A stretch of 64,000 nt of DNA. Source: Boseongicola sp. (lineage in GTDB: Bacteria > Pseudomonadota > Alphaproteobacteria > Rhodobacterales > Rhodobacteraceae). The position numbers and the translations under genes are program-made. Of the stretch, positions 1-9,098 are shown piece by piece; within the stretch, counting starts at the first letter, position 1, and every line of letters starts with the position of its first letter. Under the pieces are notes generated by a model. The model searched no databases. It was given only the letters and a program-made list of their open reading frames with translations, and had not been told where the DNA came from. Where the stretch lies: assembly GCA_014075275.1 (NCBI GenBank), contig CP046179.1, forward strand, positions 503,932-567,931, in the 5' to 3' direction.

Positions 1-244
1 TTCAGCCCGAGAAATCCGGGTTGGCAGCTAGATCTTGTCGGCAACGGCAGGAGCAGATGAATGATCATTCAGGCCGGGGAAACTCGGCTGGACAAAATCC
101 GGCTTACAGGCTGTCCGCGCAAATATCCTGTGAAGAGTACATCTCAGGCAGCAGCCACTCAAAAGAGCGACCTGCAATCTGCAATGTAGTTTTCAATTAA
201 GCCTGCGACCATAGTGCTATTTGTGTGGTCGGATATCTGTCTTC

Positions 245-1396
245 TTACACGTCACGTTTTCTGAGTTCATCCAGTATTTCGCTTCTTAAAGGGCGAATGT
301 CATTGTTTTGGGCTGCTCGAAGAATCGCCGCGCGAGCTAACTTATAGTGTCGTTCATTATTCTTTTTGATCATTGGGAAATCCATGTGATTAATTGCAAG
401 CACTGGACTTGCACCGATAAAATTTTTCTTTTTGCACATGTCTTTAAGGAGGCGTCGTGCTTCGATGTACCAATCTGCATCGATATCTGCCACTTTCAAG
501 GAGTCTCGCCTCACGACTAGCTCAGGGTTGGTGCAGATAAGATATTCGATTCCGATTTCAACCTGGGTATCCGATAGTCCATCGATCATGGCGAAGTAGT
601 CCGAGGCAGCGAAAATGCCTTTAAAGGTGATGCCTGCATCCATGAGCTTTCGGGAAAAGGCCCGTTCACCACGTCGTAAGGTTTTCTCTTTGTTAGATGT
701 CGCTCGATAATTGATCCAAAAACTCTGGAATGCCTCAGATTCGTAGGCTTTTTCTTTTATCATAAAGCAATAGGAGCCCATGAACATAAGTTCGGGCGTC
801 AGAGGTTTCGTACTAATTCTCTCGAAAATTTGCGTGCCTACGAAGTCTGCGGGCGAGGCTTCCATCTGTTCTAGCATTGTGGAGCCGTCGAAGATTGGAT
901 GCCAAACGCTATCATTTTGTATTAACAACGTGGTTGGCTGAATACCAAGTTGGTTCAACAGCCAAACTCCATCCTGGTACCCGCCAAAATCGTAACCAAA
1001 GTTCGGTCTGAAGACCAACCGCCAGCAGTTCTCGAGAAGTAACTTGGTGTCTGAAGAAGACAATGGTGTGTTGCTGATAACTAGGGGAGAATACCCGTTT
1101 TGAACCAAGTGCTTGATGGACTGAAGCAACGACTCCGGTATTAATTTTGGTTGGTAAATCAGAAGCAATGCAATCTTGGCAGACTCGGAGATTCTGCCTT
1201 CATATGCTTTGAGCTCATTTGTCCGCCAGACTTTATGCTTGCGTCGTCGATACGGGTCGGTCAGATATCCAAACAGGCCATATACTTGCACCTGTAGTCG
1301 CGCCAACTCTCGCTTGATTTTCCAGGTGGGTATCATTCGTAATTCAATGTATTTACGCTGCTTTGATAACCTATAGTCGAATTCGATCCGTCGCAA
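245..1396 (-). CDS. Rhamnan-synthesis-F (RgpF)-like LPS/polysaccharide biosynthesis family protein
   Basis: 383-aa ORF. The block RLVFRPNFGYDFGGYQDG resembles the RPNxGYDFG signature I associate with the RgpF/LPS-biosynthesis family. The start is ambiguous (TTG 1396 or ATG 1336). The DNA is visibly AT-richer than the rest of the window. Confidence 0.5.
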   Translation of the reverse strand: MRRIEFDYRLSKQRKYIELRMIPTWKIKRELARLQVQVYGLFGYLTDPYRRRKHKVWRTNELKAYEGRISESAKIALLLIYQPKLIPESLLQSIKHLVQNGYSPLVISNTPLSSSDTKLLLENCWRLVFRPNFGYDFGGYQDGVWLLNQLGIQPTTLLIQNDSVWHPIFDGSTMLEQMEASPADFVGTQIFERISTKPLTPELMFMGSYCFMIKEKAYESEAFQSFWINYRATSNKEKTLRRGERAFSRKLMDAGITFKGIFAASDYFAMIDGLSDTQVEIGIEYLICTNPELVVRRDSLKVADIDADWYIEARRLLKDMCKKKNFIGASPVLAINHMDFPMIKKNNERHYKLARAAILRAAQNNDIRPLRSEILDELRKRDV

Positions 1397-1494
1397 TCTG
1401 CCTTTGATGTTGACTCTGTCGCAATTGCGCTTAGAAGGCGGGCTTCAAGGATTTTCGGGTGCACCTTTGGGGGCGCCCAAGTAGGAGACGACCC

Positions 1495-1662
1495 ATGGCG
1501 AAACCGACGACGATCAAAATTCGTCTGAACTCGACCGCGGACACCGGCCACTTTTATGTGACCAAGAAGAACGCCCGTACGATGACCGAGAAAATGGTGG
1601 TGCGGAAGTACGACCCGGTTGCGCGCAAGCACGTCGAGTATAAGGAAGGCAAGATCAAGTAA
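1495..1662 (+). CDS. rpmG: 50S ribosomal protein L33
   Basis: 55-aa [55 protein letters not shown] is a typical L33. GGAG-type RBS (taggagacgaccc) lies before ATG 1495. Confidence 0.95.
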   Translation: MAKPTTIKIRLNSTADTGHFYVTKKNARTMTEKMVVRKYDPVARKHVEYKEGKIK

Positions 1663-1687
1663 TTGATCTTCCATCTTTTTCAATGGC

Positions 1688-1721
1688 AAAGGCCGCGCAA
1701 TGAGCGCGGCTTTTTCTTTTT
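1688..1721 (+). terminator. Rho-independent terminator of rpmG
   Basis: aaaggccgcgc-aatga-gcgcggc followed by tttttcttttt. Confidence 0.8.
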
Positions 1722-1753
1722 GTGCGTCGCGTGGGCGGTAAAAGTTTGAGGCC

Positions 1754-2272
1754 ATGGTGATGCCCTTTACTGTCAGATCCTCGACAATGTCGGACTTCAA
1801 CGCGATCGACCGGCTGTTCCAACGATCTTATCCGGTTTTGCTGAAGGCGGACTACGCGCCGTCGGTATTGGTAACGGCGATCCCATTGATTTCTAAAGCA
1901 CAACCGCAGCTGGTGACATCAGGGACATATTACGTAGTTGAAGATGACCGCGGCGAGATTGTCGGGGCAGGGGGATGGACGCGATCTGCACCCGGTGGGC
2001 AGGGCGCCGCGGAAGGAGTGGGGCATATCCGACACGTGGTGACAGACCATGCAAGGGTGCGCGAAGGCATTGGGCGCGTATTGATGCAGCGCATTGTTAT
2101 GTCAGCAGAATATGCCCGACTAAGCCGGTTGGATTGTCTTTCGACAATTACGGCGGTGCCGTTCTATGCCACTTGCGGGTTTGTCGAAATGCAACCCGTT
2201 AGCGTAAATTTGCGTCCGGGTATCGACTTCCCGGCGGTGCTTATGCGACGGTCTGTAAAGTCTATTGAGTGA
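1754..2272 (+). CDS. GNAT family N-acetyltransferase
   Basis: 172-aa ORF. Acetyl-CoA-binding-like region HVVTDHARVREGIGRVLM and C-terminal FYATCGF are typical of GNAT. Confidence 0.75.
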   Translation: MVMPFTVRSSTMSDFNAIDRLFQRSYPVLLKADYAPSVLVTAIPLISKAQPQLVTSGTYYVVEDDRGEIVGAGGWTRSAPGGQGAAEGVGHIRHVVTDHARVREGIGRVLMQRIVMSAEYARLSRLDCLSTITAVPFYATCGFVEMQPVSVNLRPGIDFPAVLMRRSVKSIE

Positions 2273-2282
2273 GGAAATTGTT

Positions 2283-2582
2283 ATGATGAACAAGACATTG
2301 GCATGTGTTGCGGTGCTGCTTGTGGTGGCTGGTTGTAACCAACCAAGAGGTGTTGGGCTGGGCACGGTTGGTGCGGGCGGTGAGCCGGCGAACCTACCAG
2401 CGTCAACGCGGACAGAATTTGAGATGGGGGGCGTGGAATCGCTTCCTTTATATCGGTTTTCTATGACCGGTGATCCGAGCCCGGCAGATGCCATCAATGC
2501 TGGCAACAGCAGGTTGCGCACCGAAAGCGAGAACCTTGAAGTTGCAGTTGAATCTAGCACCTATTTCATGCGGCAAATTTAG
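2283..2582 (+). CDS. Small lipoprotein, unknown function
   Basis: MMNKTLACVAVLLVVAGC has a signal peptide with lipobox VAGC. RBS gaggaa lies 5-6 nt before ATG 2283. The ORF ends at an amber codon (2580-2582) and the frame stays open afterwards (see findings). Confidence 0.6.
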   Translation: MMNKTLACVAVLLVVAGCNQPRGVGLGTVGAGGEPANLPASTRTEFEMGGVESLPLYRFSMTGDPSPADAINAGNSRLRTESENLEVAVESSTYFMRQI

Positions 2583-2738
2583 TTGAATAACAGTAACTTC
2601 GTGGTCGCTGAAGGCGCTGCTCCGGTTGCGAGTTTGACAGGTGTTATTCGCGCCCGGACCGGGTGTTTGGTTGATCCGCAACCCCTGCGTTCGGATGACG
2701 CTGCAGTCTATACACTGGACTGTAGTTAACGGCTGAAA

Positions 2739-2770
2739 AAGCAACGTTCGGTGGTCGGACGTTGCTTTGC
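2739..2770 (+). terminator. Hairpin, possible terminator
   Basis: aagcaacgt / acgttgctt form a 9-bp stem with an 11-nt loop, followed by a weak T tract (ttgc). Confidence 0.4.
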
Positions 2771-2821
2771 AACGGAGCATTGGTTAACGCCTTAAAACAT
2801 TGAGGATGGGGCGAAATCGGC

Positions 2822-2863
2822 CTGTCTGTATCGCGTCGGTATTACGTCGGTATCACGTCGGTG
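2822..2863 (+). repeat. Dispersed intergenic repeat, T-family copy A
   Basis: ctgt-ATCGCGTCGGT-ATTACGTCGGT-ATCACGTCGGT-g gives three tandem 11-nt units. Near-identical copies are at 50266-50307 and 61749-61790. Confidence 0.85.
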
Positions 2864-3198
2864 TCCCTAGCGCGTGTTGCGCGTTCGCACACAAGATCAT
2901 GGGTGAGCGGTAATCTGTGTTACGCACTGGTTAATCGATCGTCCTGTCTTCTGCCAATTAGATGATGTCACGGAATGAGTCTGTGCCGGTCTTTGATTGC
3001 GCGTCGCATGCTTTGCCCAGCCATGTCAGAAAACGGCTCCAAACTTTTTCAGTGGACAATGGAACGGTAATTTCGAGGGTTGGCTTGGCGGTGACGTGTG
3101 CTTGATCGGTCATTTTCGTATTCCCGTTTGATGTTTCGTGTTGAATTATTGATAAACGGCTGAATGCCGGTGCGCTTGAACGGGAGCTTGCCAAAGGC

Positions 3199-4785
3199 TT
3201 GTCATTTGCTTCTTTCTTCGTGCCAAAAGGTTCAGATCGCTTGATAATTACGTTTGAAGACTGCCAGTTGGACATCGACCGCCGGGAAATCCGGCGGGGC
3301 GGGCAGGTGGTGACGGTGCAGCCGCAGGTCTTTGATCTGATCGTTTTGCTGGCGGAGAACCGCGAGCGCGTGGTGACCAAGGACGAGTTGGTGGACGGCA
3401 TCTGGGAAGGGCGCGCGATCTCGGACGGGACGATGAACGCGCGGCTGGCGGCAGCCCGGAAGGCGCTGGGCGACACGGGTGAGGCGCAGGCGGTCATTCG
3501 GACGATCCCGCGTAAGGGCTTTCGGTTTGTGGCTGAGGTGACGGAGGGCGCTGATGACGCGCCGACGGCTGAGGTTGCCAAACCCAATGGATCGGGAGGG
3601 CGGCCATCGCTGACGGTGTTGCCGTTTACCAATCAAGGGGCAGACCCGGACCACGAGTTTCTGGCGGATGGCTTGACTGAGGACGTGGTGACGGCGTTGT
3701 CGAAGTTGCGCGATTTCTTTGTGACGGACCGCAGCACGACGTTTGCGTTGAAGGACGAGGCGCAGGATGCGCGTGCGGTGGCCGAGAAAATGGGGGTTCG
3801 GTATATCCTTCAGGGATCTGTGCGTTCGGCAGGGTCGCGCATTCGGGTGACGGCGAGTTTGATCGACACCGAGACGCGCTCGCAGCTTTGGAGCGAGCGG
3901 TATGATCGCGATGTAACGGACATCTTTGAAATTCAGGACGAGTTGGCGGCCAGTTTGGTGGCGCATCTTTCGCCCGAATTATATGCGGCGGAACATGCAC
4001 GCCTGAAGCGGCGGCATCCGAAAAGTCTGGATGCCTGGGAATGTTTCGTGAATGCGCTGCATCTTTATGGCAAGCAGTCGCAGGACAGCAGCACTGAGGC
4101 GATTGCGCTGTTGGAGCAGGCGATTGAGATTGATCCCGACTATTCGCAGGCGCTGGGGCTTTATGCGGTTATTCTGGCCTGGCGGATCATTCAGCATTGG
4201 GAGCCGATGGAGCCGACGATTACGCGGGCGCGGGAGGCGTCGGATCGGGCGCTATTGGCGGATACGAATGATCCCTGGGCGTCGATTGGGCGGGGGTATG
4301 TGTCGATCGTTGCCCGCGATGGCGATGCGGCGATCATGAACTATGGTCACGCTGTCGATCTGAGCCCGAACTTTGCGTATGCGCGGGCGCTGCTTGGGAA
4401 TGCCAATGGTTATGCGGGCAACGCTGAGTTTGCGCGGCGCGATATCAAGAAGGCGATTGCCTTAAGTCCGCGGGATACTTTTATCGATAAGTTCTATCTG
4501 TATCTGTCGATTGCCGAGTTTCAGGCAGCGGATTATGCGGCCTGCGCGGCGGCGGCAGAAAAAGCGATCCAGTTGAAACCGGCGCATCCGAGTTCGCATT
4601 TGTTTTTCACGGCCTCCTTGGCGCTGGCAGGTAAACAGACGTTGGCCGAGCAGGCTTTGGCGGCGTTCTTGAAGCTGGTGCCCCATGCGCGGGCGTCGGA
4701 GATCGAGCGGACGGTGCTGTATTATCAGGCGGAGGATCGGGCGCGGGTCGGCGAAGGCATGAAAAAAGCGGGCCTGCCGGAGTAG
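3199..4785 (+). CDS. Winged-helix (OmpR/CadC-type) DNA-binding protein with C-terminal TPR repeats
   Basis: The N-terminus ...CQLDIDRREIRRGGQVVTVQPQVFDLIVLLAENRERVVTKDELVDGIWEGRAISDGTMNARLAAARKAL...IRTIPRKGFRFV is a trans_reg_C-type wHTH. The C-terminal half has TPR-like repeats (AIEIDPDYSQA, AVDLSPNFAYA, AIALSPRD, AIQLKPAH). Start could be 3199, 3220 or 3241. Confidence 0.8.
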   Translation: MSFASFFVPKGSDRLIITFEDCQLDIDRREIRRGGQVVTVQPQVFDLIVLLAENRERVVTKDELVDGIWEGRAISDGTMNARLAAARKALGDTGEAQAVIRTIPRKGFRFVAEVTEGADDAPTAEVAKPNGSGGRPSLTVLPFTNQGADPDHEFLADGLTEDVVTALSKLRDFFVTDRSTTFALKDEAQDARAVAEKMGVRYILQGSVRSAGSRIRVTASLIDTETRSQLWSERYDRDVTDIFEIQDELAASLVAHLSPELYAAEHARLKRRHPKSLDAWECFVNALHLYGKQSQDSSTEAIALLEQAIEIDPDYSQALGLYAVILAWRIIQHWEPMEPTITRAREASDRALLADTNDPWASIGRGYVSIVARDGDAAIMNYGHAVDLSPNFAYARALLGNANGYAGNAEFARRDIKKAIALSPRDTFIDKFYLYLSIAEFQAADYAACAAAAEKAIQLKPAHPSSHLFFTASLALAGKQTLAEQALAAFLKLVPHARASEIERTVLYYQAEDRARVGEGMKKAGLPE

Positions 4786-4798
4786 CAAGCCCGCTTTT
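4764..4798. terminator. Bidirectional hairpin between convergent regulator and tkt
   Basis: aaaagcgggc ... gcccgctttt is a 10-bp stem flanked by A and T runs. It overlaps the regulator stop codon. Confidence 0.6.
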
Positions 4799-4817
4799 GT
4801 GAGTTTTAGACGGATAC

Positions 4818-6839
4818 TTAGGTGAGCATACCTTTGACGGCTTCGACCACGGCTTCGGCGCGGATGCCGAAGTAGTCATATAGTTCGGGTGCAGGGGCAG
4901 ACGCGCCGAAGCTATCCATGCCGATGAAGCGGCCTTTGTCGCGCTTGCCGCGTTCGTTGAACAGCCAAGTATCCCAGCCAAAGCCAACACCCGCTTCGAT
5001 TGCCACGCGGACGGGACCGGCGGGCAGGATCTTCCGGCGGTATTTTTCGTCCTGCTGCGCGAAGAGGTCGATGCAGGGCATGGAGACCACGCGTGTGCCG
5101 ATGCCTTCTTCTTGCAGAAGTTCGCGGGCTTTCAAGGCGATCTCGACTTCGGAACCGGTCGCCATGAGGATTGCCTGACGCTTGTCATCTGCTTCGGCCA
5201 GAACATAGGCACCAAAAGCGGTCAGGTTCTTCATCTTATGTTCGGTCCGCACGGTGGGCAGGCCCTGACGTGTGAGGCTGAGAACCGAAGGGGTTTTTTC
5301 AGATGTCAGCGCCAGTTCCCAGGCTTCGGCCGTTTCCACGGTGTCCGCAGGGCGGAAAACGTTGATGTTTGGTGTGGCACGCAGCATGGCGAGGTGTTCG
5401 ACCGGCTGATGGGTCGGGCCGTCTTCGCCAAGGCCAATGCTGTCGTGGGTCATGACATAAGTTGTTGGCACGCCCATCAGCGCGGAAAGGCGCATCGCCC
5501 CGCGCGCGTAATCGGTGAAGCACATGAAGGTGCCGCCGTAGGGTTTCACGCCGCCGTGGAGCGCCATACCGTTCATGGCAGCCGCCATGCCGTGTTCGCG
5601 GATGCCGTAGTGGACGTAACGGCCTTTGCGGTTATCGGGGCCGAAAATGCCAAGGTCCGGGGTCAGCGTGTTGTTCGAACCGGTGAGGTCGGCAGAGCCG
5701 CCGATGTTTTCGGGCATGACCGGGTTCACAACACCAAGCACCATTTCGGATGATTTCCGGGTGGCCATTTTCGGCGCGCCTTCGGAAATATCGCGTTTCA
5801 GGCTGCGGATCACACCTGCAAGTTTCTTGTGGGGAACGCCCGACCACATGCGTGTCAGCTCGTTCTGGCGGGACGTGGAAAGGCCAGCAAAGCGGGCATC
5901 CCAATCTGTGCGGTCTGCAGCGCCACGTGCGCCGATTGCACGCCATTGCTCGAGCAGGTTTCGCGGGATCTCGAACGGCCCGTGGGGCCAGCCCAGGGCT
6001 TCGCGGGTCAAAGCGATTTCTTCGGGTCCAAGTGGCGCACCGTGTGCTTTGGCCGTGTCCTGCCGGTTGGGTGAGCCAAAGCCGATGTGGCTTTTGCAGG
6101 CGATCATCGTCGGCTTGTTGGTGGATTTCGCGTTGGTGAGGGCTTCGTCAATTGCCGCCGGATCGTGGCCGTCACATTCCAGTACCTGCCAGCCGGCTGC
6201 CTGAAAGCGCTTTTTCTGGTCGGTGATGTCCGAGAGTGAAACCTCGCCATCAATCGAGATGTTGTTGTCGTCCCAAAGCACGATCAGTTTGCCGAGCCTT
6301 TGCATGCCGGCAAGGCCGATCGCTTCATGGCTGATGCCTTCCATCAGGCAGCCGTCACCAGCGATGCAGTAGGTGTAGTGATCGACAACCTTTTTGCCGT
6401 AGCGGGAGCGCAGGGATTCTTCCGCCATTGCAAAGCCGACGGCATTGGCGATGCCCTGACCAAGCGGGCCAGTGGTGGTTTCGACGCCTTTTACGTGGCC
6501 ATATTCGGGGTGACCTGCAGTGATCGAACCCAACTGGCGGAAATTTTTGATCGGGTCGATCGTCATGTCTTCGTAGCCGGTGAGGTGCAGCAGCGCATAA
6601 ATCAGCATCGAGCCGTGACCTGCCGAAAGGATAAAGCGATCGCGATCTGGCCAATCGGGATTTGCAGCGTCGAATTTCAAGTGCTTTTCGAACAGCACGG
6701 TTGCGACGTCTGCCATACCCATGGGCATGCCGGTGTGGCCGGAATTTGCGGCCTGTACCGCGTCCATGGCCAATGCGCGGATTGCGTTGGCTTTGGCGAA
6801 GTGATCCGGGTGGTGGTCTTTCAGCGTCGCGATATCCAA
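4818..6839 (-). CDS. tkt: Transketolase
   Basis: 673 aa. [14 protein letters not shown], the ThDP motif [13 protein letters not shown] and the rest align along the full length to transketolases. Confidence 0.97.
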   Translation of the reverse strand: MDIATLKDHHPDHFAKANAIRALAMDAVQAANSGHTGMPMGMADVATVLFEKHLKFDAANPDWPDRDRFILSAGHGSMLIYALLHLTGYEDMTIDPIKNFRQLGSITAGHPEYGHVKGVETTTGPLGQGIANAVGFAMAEESLRSRYGKKVVDHYTYCIAGDGCLMEGISHEAIGLAGMQRLGKLIVLWDDNNISIDGEVSLSDITDQKKRFQAAGWQVLECDGHDPAAIDEALTNAKSTNKPTMIACKSHIGFGSPNRQDTAKAHGAPLGPEEIALTREALGWPHGPFEIPRNLLEQWRAIGARGAADRTDWDARFAGLSTSRQNELTRMWSGVPHKKLAGVIRSLKRDISEGAPKMATRKSSEMVLGVVNPVMPENIGGSADLTGSNNTLTPDLGIFGPDNRKGRYVHYGIREHGMAAAMNGMALHGGVKPYGGTFMCFTDYARGAMRLSALMGVPTTYVMTHDSIGLGEDGPTHQPVEHLAMLRATPNINVFRPADTVETAEAWELALTSEKTPSVLSLTRQGLPTVRTEHKMKNLTAFGAYVLAEADDKRQAILMATGSEVEIALKARELLQEEGIGTRVVSMPCIDLFAQQDEKYRRKILPAGPVRVAIEAGVGFGWDTWLFNERGKRDKGRFIGMDSFGASAPAPELYDYFGIRAEAVVEAVKGMLT

Positions 6840-7050
6840 GGTGTGTGTCCCCCTGCCTGTAGATGGTTTGCTGCCTTGGGGCGGTTGATAGCAGTCAATT
6901 CGGCGAGTTCAAGCGCGTGGGAGGCCGGATCCGTGCGAAAGGGGGTGAAAACCGCCCGAGACCTTCGTATGACTAGTGAAAAGGTGGGAATGGAGGCGAT
7001 TCGAGGCTTTCGCGTCCTGCCAGCACACGACAGGGGAGAGCGGCAAATCC

Positions 7051-7524
7051 ATGAGTGATATTTCCGAACTAGAACGCCGGATCTCGGCGGCGCTGGACAG
7101 GGCCGGGCAGGCCATGGACCGGATGGCGACGGGGGCGGCTGCGTCTGACGCGGGGGATGCCACGGCTTTGGCATCTGAACTTGAAGCCGAACGGATGGCG
7201 AATGCGCAGCTTGAAGAGCGGGTGCGCGCCATCAAGGATAAGCAGGAGACGACGTTGGCGGGGCTTGAGTCCGAGGTGGCGCGTCTTCGCGACGCTTTGT
7301 CCGGGCGCGATGGTGAGTTGCAGCGCGTGAAGGCGGTGAACGAGGATTTGCGGGGGTCGAACCAGGCTTTGCGTGAAGCGAATGCCAGTGGCTTGGCAGA
7401 CCCGCATCTGGTGAACAAGTCGATGATGTCGGAGTTGGAAAGCCTGCGTGCAGCGCGAAGTGCGGACCGCGCAGAGCTGGACGATATTCTGGCGACGCTT
7501 GAACCTGTGTTGAAGGAGGCCTGA
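7051..7524 (+). CDS. Coiled-coil protein upstream of zapA (DUF4164/ZauP-like)
   Basis: 157-aa heptad-rich sequence (MSDISELERRISAALDRAG...). RBS ggggagag lies before ATG 7051. Its position immediately upstream of zapA matches Caulobacter zauP. Confidence 0.65.
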   Translation: MSDISELERRISAALDRAGQAMDRMATGAAASDAGDATALASELEAERMANAQLEERVRAIKDKQETTLAGLESEVARLRDALSGRDGELQRVKAVNEDLRGSNQALREANASGLADPHLVNKSMMSELESLRAARSADRAELDDILATLEPVLKEA

Positions 7525-7525
7525 G

Positions 7526-7924
7526 ATGCCGGAAGTGCAAATCTCGATCGGGGGACGTCCGTTTGCGGTGGCTTGTCAGGAAGGCGAAGAGCATTTCCTG
7601 CAATCGGCCGCGCAATTGTTGGATAACGAGGCCTCGACACTGATGGAGCAGATCGGGCGGTTGCCTGAGGCGCGGATGCTGTTGATGGCCGGGTTGATGC
7701 TGGCGGATAAGACCGCCGGATCGGATGACCAGTTAAAGGCGCTGGAAGACAAGGTGGCGCAGCAGCAGGCCTGGATCGAAGAGATGCAATCGCGTCCTGT
7801 GCCCGAGCCGACCCGCGTTGAAGTGGCCGTGATCCCCGATGAGGTGACCCAGACGCTGGCGGAACTGGCGGCGCGCGCAGAGGCGCTGGCAGAGGCTGCT
7901 GAGGAGAAGAAGGCGGCGGGTTAA
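7526..7924 (+). CDS. zapA: Cell division protein ZapA
   Basis: MPEVQISIGGRPFAVACQEGEEHFLQSAAQLLD is a typical ZapA N-terminus. The stop of the upstream gene abuts the start. Confidence 0.85.
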   Translation: MPEVQISIGGRPFAVACQEGEEHFLQSAAQLLDNEASTLMEQIGRLPEARMLLMAGLMLADKTAGSDDQLKALEDKVAQQQAWIEEMQSRPVPEPTRVEVAVIPDEVTQTLAELAARAEALAEAAEEKKAAG

Positions 7925-7933
7925 TGTGGTTTC

Positions 7934-8004
7934 CGCCCCTGACGGGGCGATCCGCTGGGGCGCTGCCCCAGACCCCGGAGTATTTCTGCCAAAAAGATAG
8001 GGGC
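7934..8004 (+). repeat. Dispersed intergenic repeat, R-family copy 1
   Basis: Small GC hairpins (cgcccctgacggggcg, ggggcgctgcccc) are followed by gaccccgGAGTATTTctgcCAaAAAGA. Related copies are at 25921-25995, 50355-50478 and 58750-58802. Confidence 0.8.
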
Positions 8005-8022
8005 GATTGGGCTCTGGAATAG

Positions 8023-8056
8023 AAAAAGGCCGACGCGTTGCGTCGGCCTTTTCGTT
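8023..8056. terminator. Bidirectional rho-independent terminator (zapA / BI-1 gene)
   Basis: aaaaaggccgacg-cgttg-cgtcggcctttt, with an A run on one side and a T run on the other. Confidence 0.8.
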
Positions 8057-8076
8057 TGTTTGCTTTGGTCGTCGAC

Positions 8077-8856
8077 CTATTCGCGATTGCCCATGAACTG
8101 TAGCAGGAACATGAACAGGTTGATGAAGTCCAAATAGAGGTTCAACGCACCTGCATAAGCCGATTTGTCGAGCCATTCCTGGTCGCCCGCATGGGCGTGG
8201 GCCAGATAATTGGTTTTGATCTTCTGTGTATCGTAGGCGGTGAGGCCCGCGAAAATCAGGATGCCGATGGCCGAGATGGCAAACATCATGGCCGGTGAGG
8301 CCAGGAAGATGTTTACGACCATTGCCACGATCAGGCCAATCACGCCCATGATCAGGAACGCGCCCCAACCCGAGATATCTTTCTTCGTGGTATAGCCCCA
8401 GAGGCTGAGACCAGCGAAAGCAATCGCGGTAATCAGGAACGTCTGCACGATCGAAAATCCGGTGAAGACCAGGAAGATCGAGCTGATCGAAATACCCATA
8501 AGGGCGGCGAAGGCAAAGAATGCCAGTTGCACGGCGGCGGCGGAGCCTTTGTTCATCACGGCACCAAAGCCAAAGAACACAAAAGCCAGCGGGGCGAACA
8601 TCACGACCCATTTCAGGGGCGACATGTAAAGCGCTTCGCCCAAGCCGGTCAGGTATTGGCCTTCGCGGATGGCCACAGTTGCTCCGGTGGGGTCGGTTGT
8701 TACCGACAGGCCAGCAATGGCCCAGGCTGCAAATGCCGTGATCACCATGCCGATGGACATGCTGCCGTAGACTTTGTTCATATGGGCGCGAAGGCCCGCA
8801 TCTATCTCGGCCGTGCGGACACCTGCACCGGTGCGGACGGTCTGATATTCTGCCAT
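8077..8856 (-). CDS. Bax inhibitor-1/YccA family membrane protein
   Basis: Seven predicted TM segments. N-terminus AEYQTVRTG...GLRAHMNKVYGSMSIGM and C-terminus NLYLDFINLFMFLLQFMG are typical of the family. ATG 8856 has a GGAG RBS. Confidence 0.9.
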   Translation of the reverse strand: MAEYQTVRTGAGVRTAEIDAGLRAHMNKVYGSMSIGMVITAFAAWAIAGLSVTTDPTGATVAIREGQYLTGLGEALYMSPLKWVVMFAPLAFVFFGFGAVMNKGSAAAVQLAFFAFAALMGISISSIFLVFTGFSIVQTFLITAIAFAGLSLWGYTTKKDISGWGAFLIMGVIGLIVAMVVNIFLASPAMMFAISAIGILIFAGLTAYDTQKIKTNYLAHAHAGDQEWLDKSAYAGALNLYLDFINLFMFLLQFMGNRE

Positions 8857-9098
8857 GAGAGGAATACTCCTAAAAGCGTTGGTTCTCGTCACAGCCGGTT
8901 AATCCGGCCATCTCCTTGGGTAATATTGTGCGGAATGGCCGGATTTTCAAGTTTTTGCGGGCAAAGATGGGTGCGATTTTGTCCCGAATTGTTGCGAAAT
9001 TGGCGTTTCGACTTAACCTTGTATCTTTTTTCGCACTTTCGCCCTGTGGTCGAATGCGAATTTCGAAGAATAGAGAGCTCAGGCTAAGTCGAATCGCA

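Noticed and set aside
2822-2863. Tandem 11-nt units considered as a CRISPR-like or minisatellite array
   Set aside because: The units are only 11 nt, directly abutting without spacers, with three units per locus, and there are no cas genes. This is a dispersed repeat, not a CRISPR array.
2958-3632. 224-aa minus-strand ORF, and its 51-codon 3' part (2958-3113, MTDQAHVTAKPTLEITVPLSTEKVWSRFLTW...) which faintly resembles the N-terminus of SRPBCC/AHSA1-type proteins
   Set aside because: Most of the long ORF is antisense to the well-supported wHTH-TPR regulator and has an Ala/Ser/Arg-rich composition typical of antisense frames in high-GC DNA. The 51-codon piece is too short and the resemblance too weak to call a gene or a remnant without a database search.
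7925-8076. Possible 6S RNA (ssrS) downstream of zapA, as in the common zapA-ssrS-ygfA arrangement
   Set aside because: The 150-nt spacer is filled by an R-family repeat and a self-contained terminator hairpin. The 5' and 3' ends do not pair into the long irregular helix with a central bubble expected of 6S RNA. The 5-formyl-THF cyclo-ligase gene is 9 kb away (16909). Only an Infernal scan could rescue this idea.
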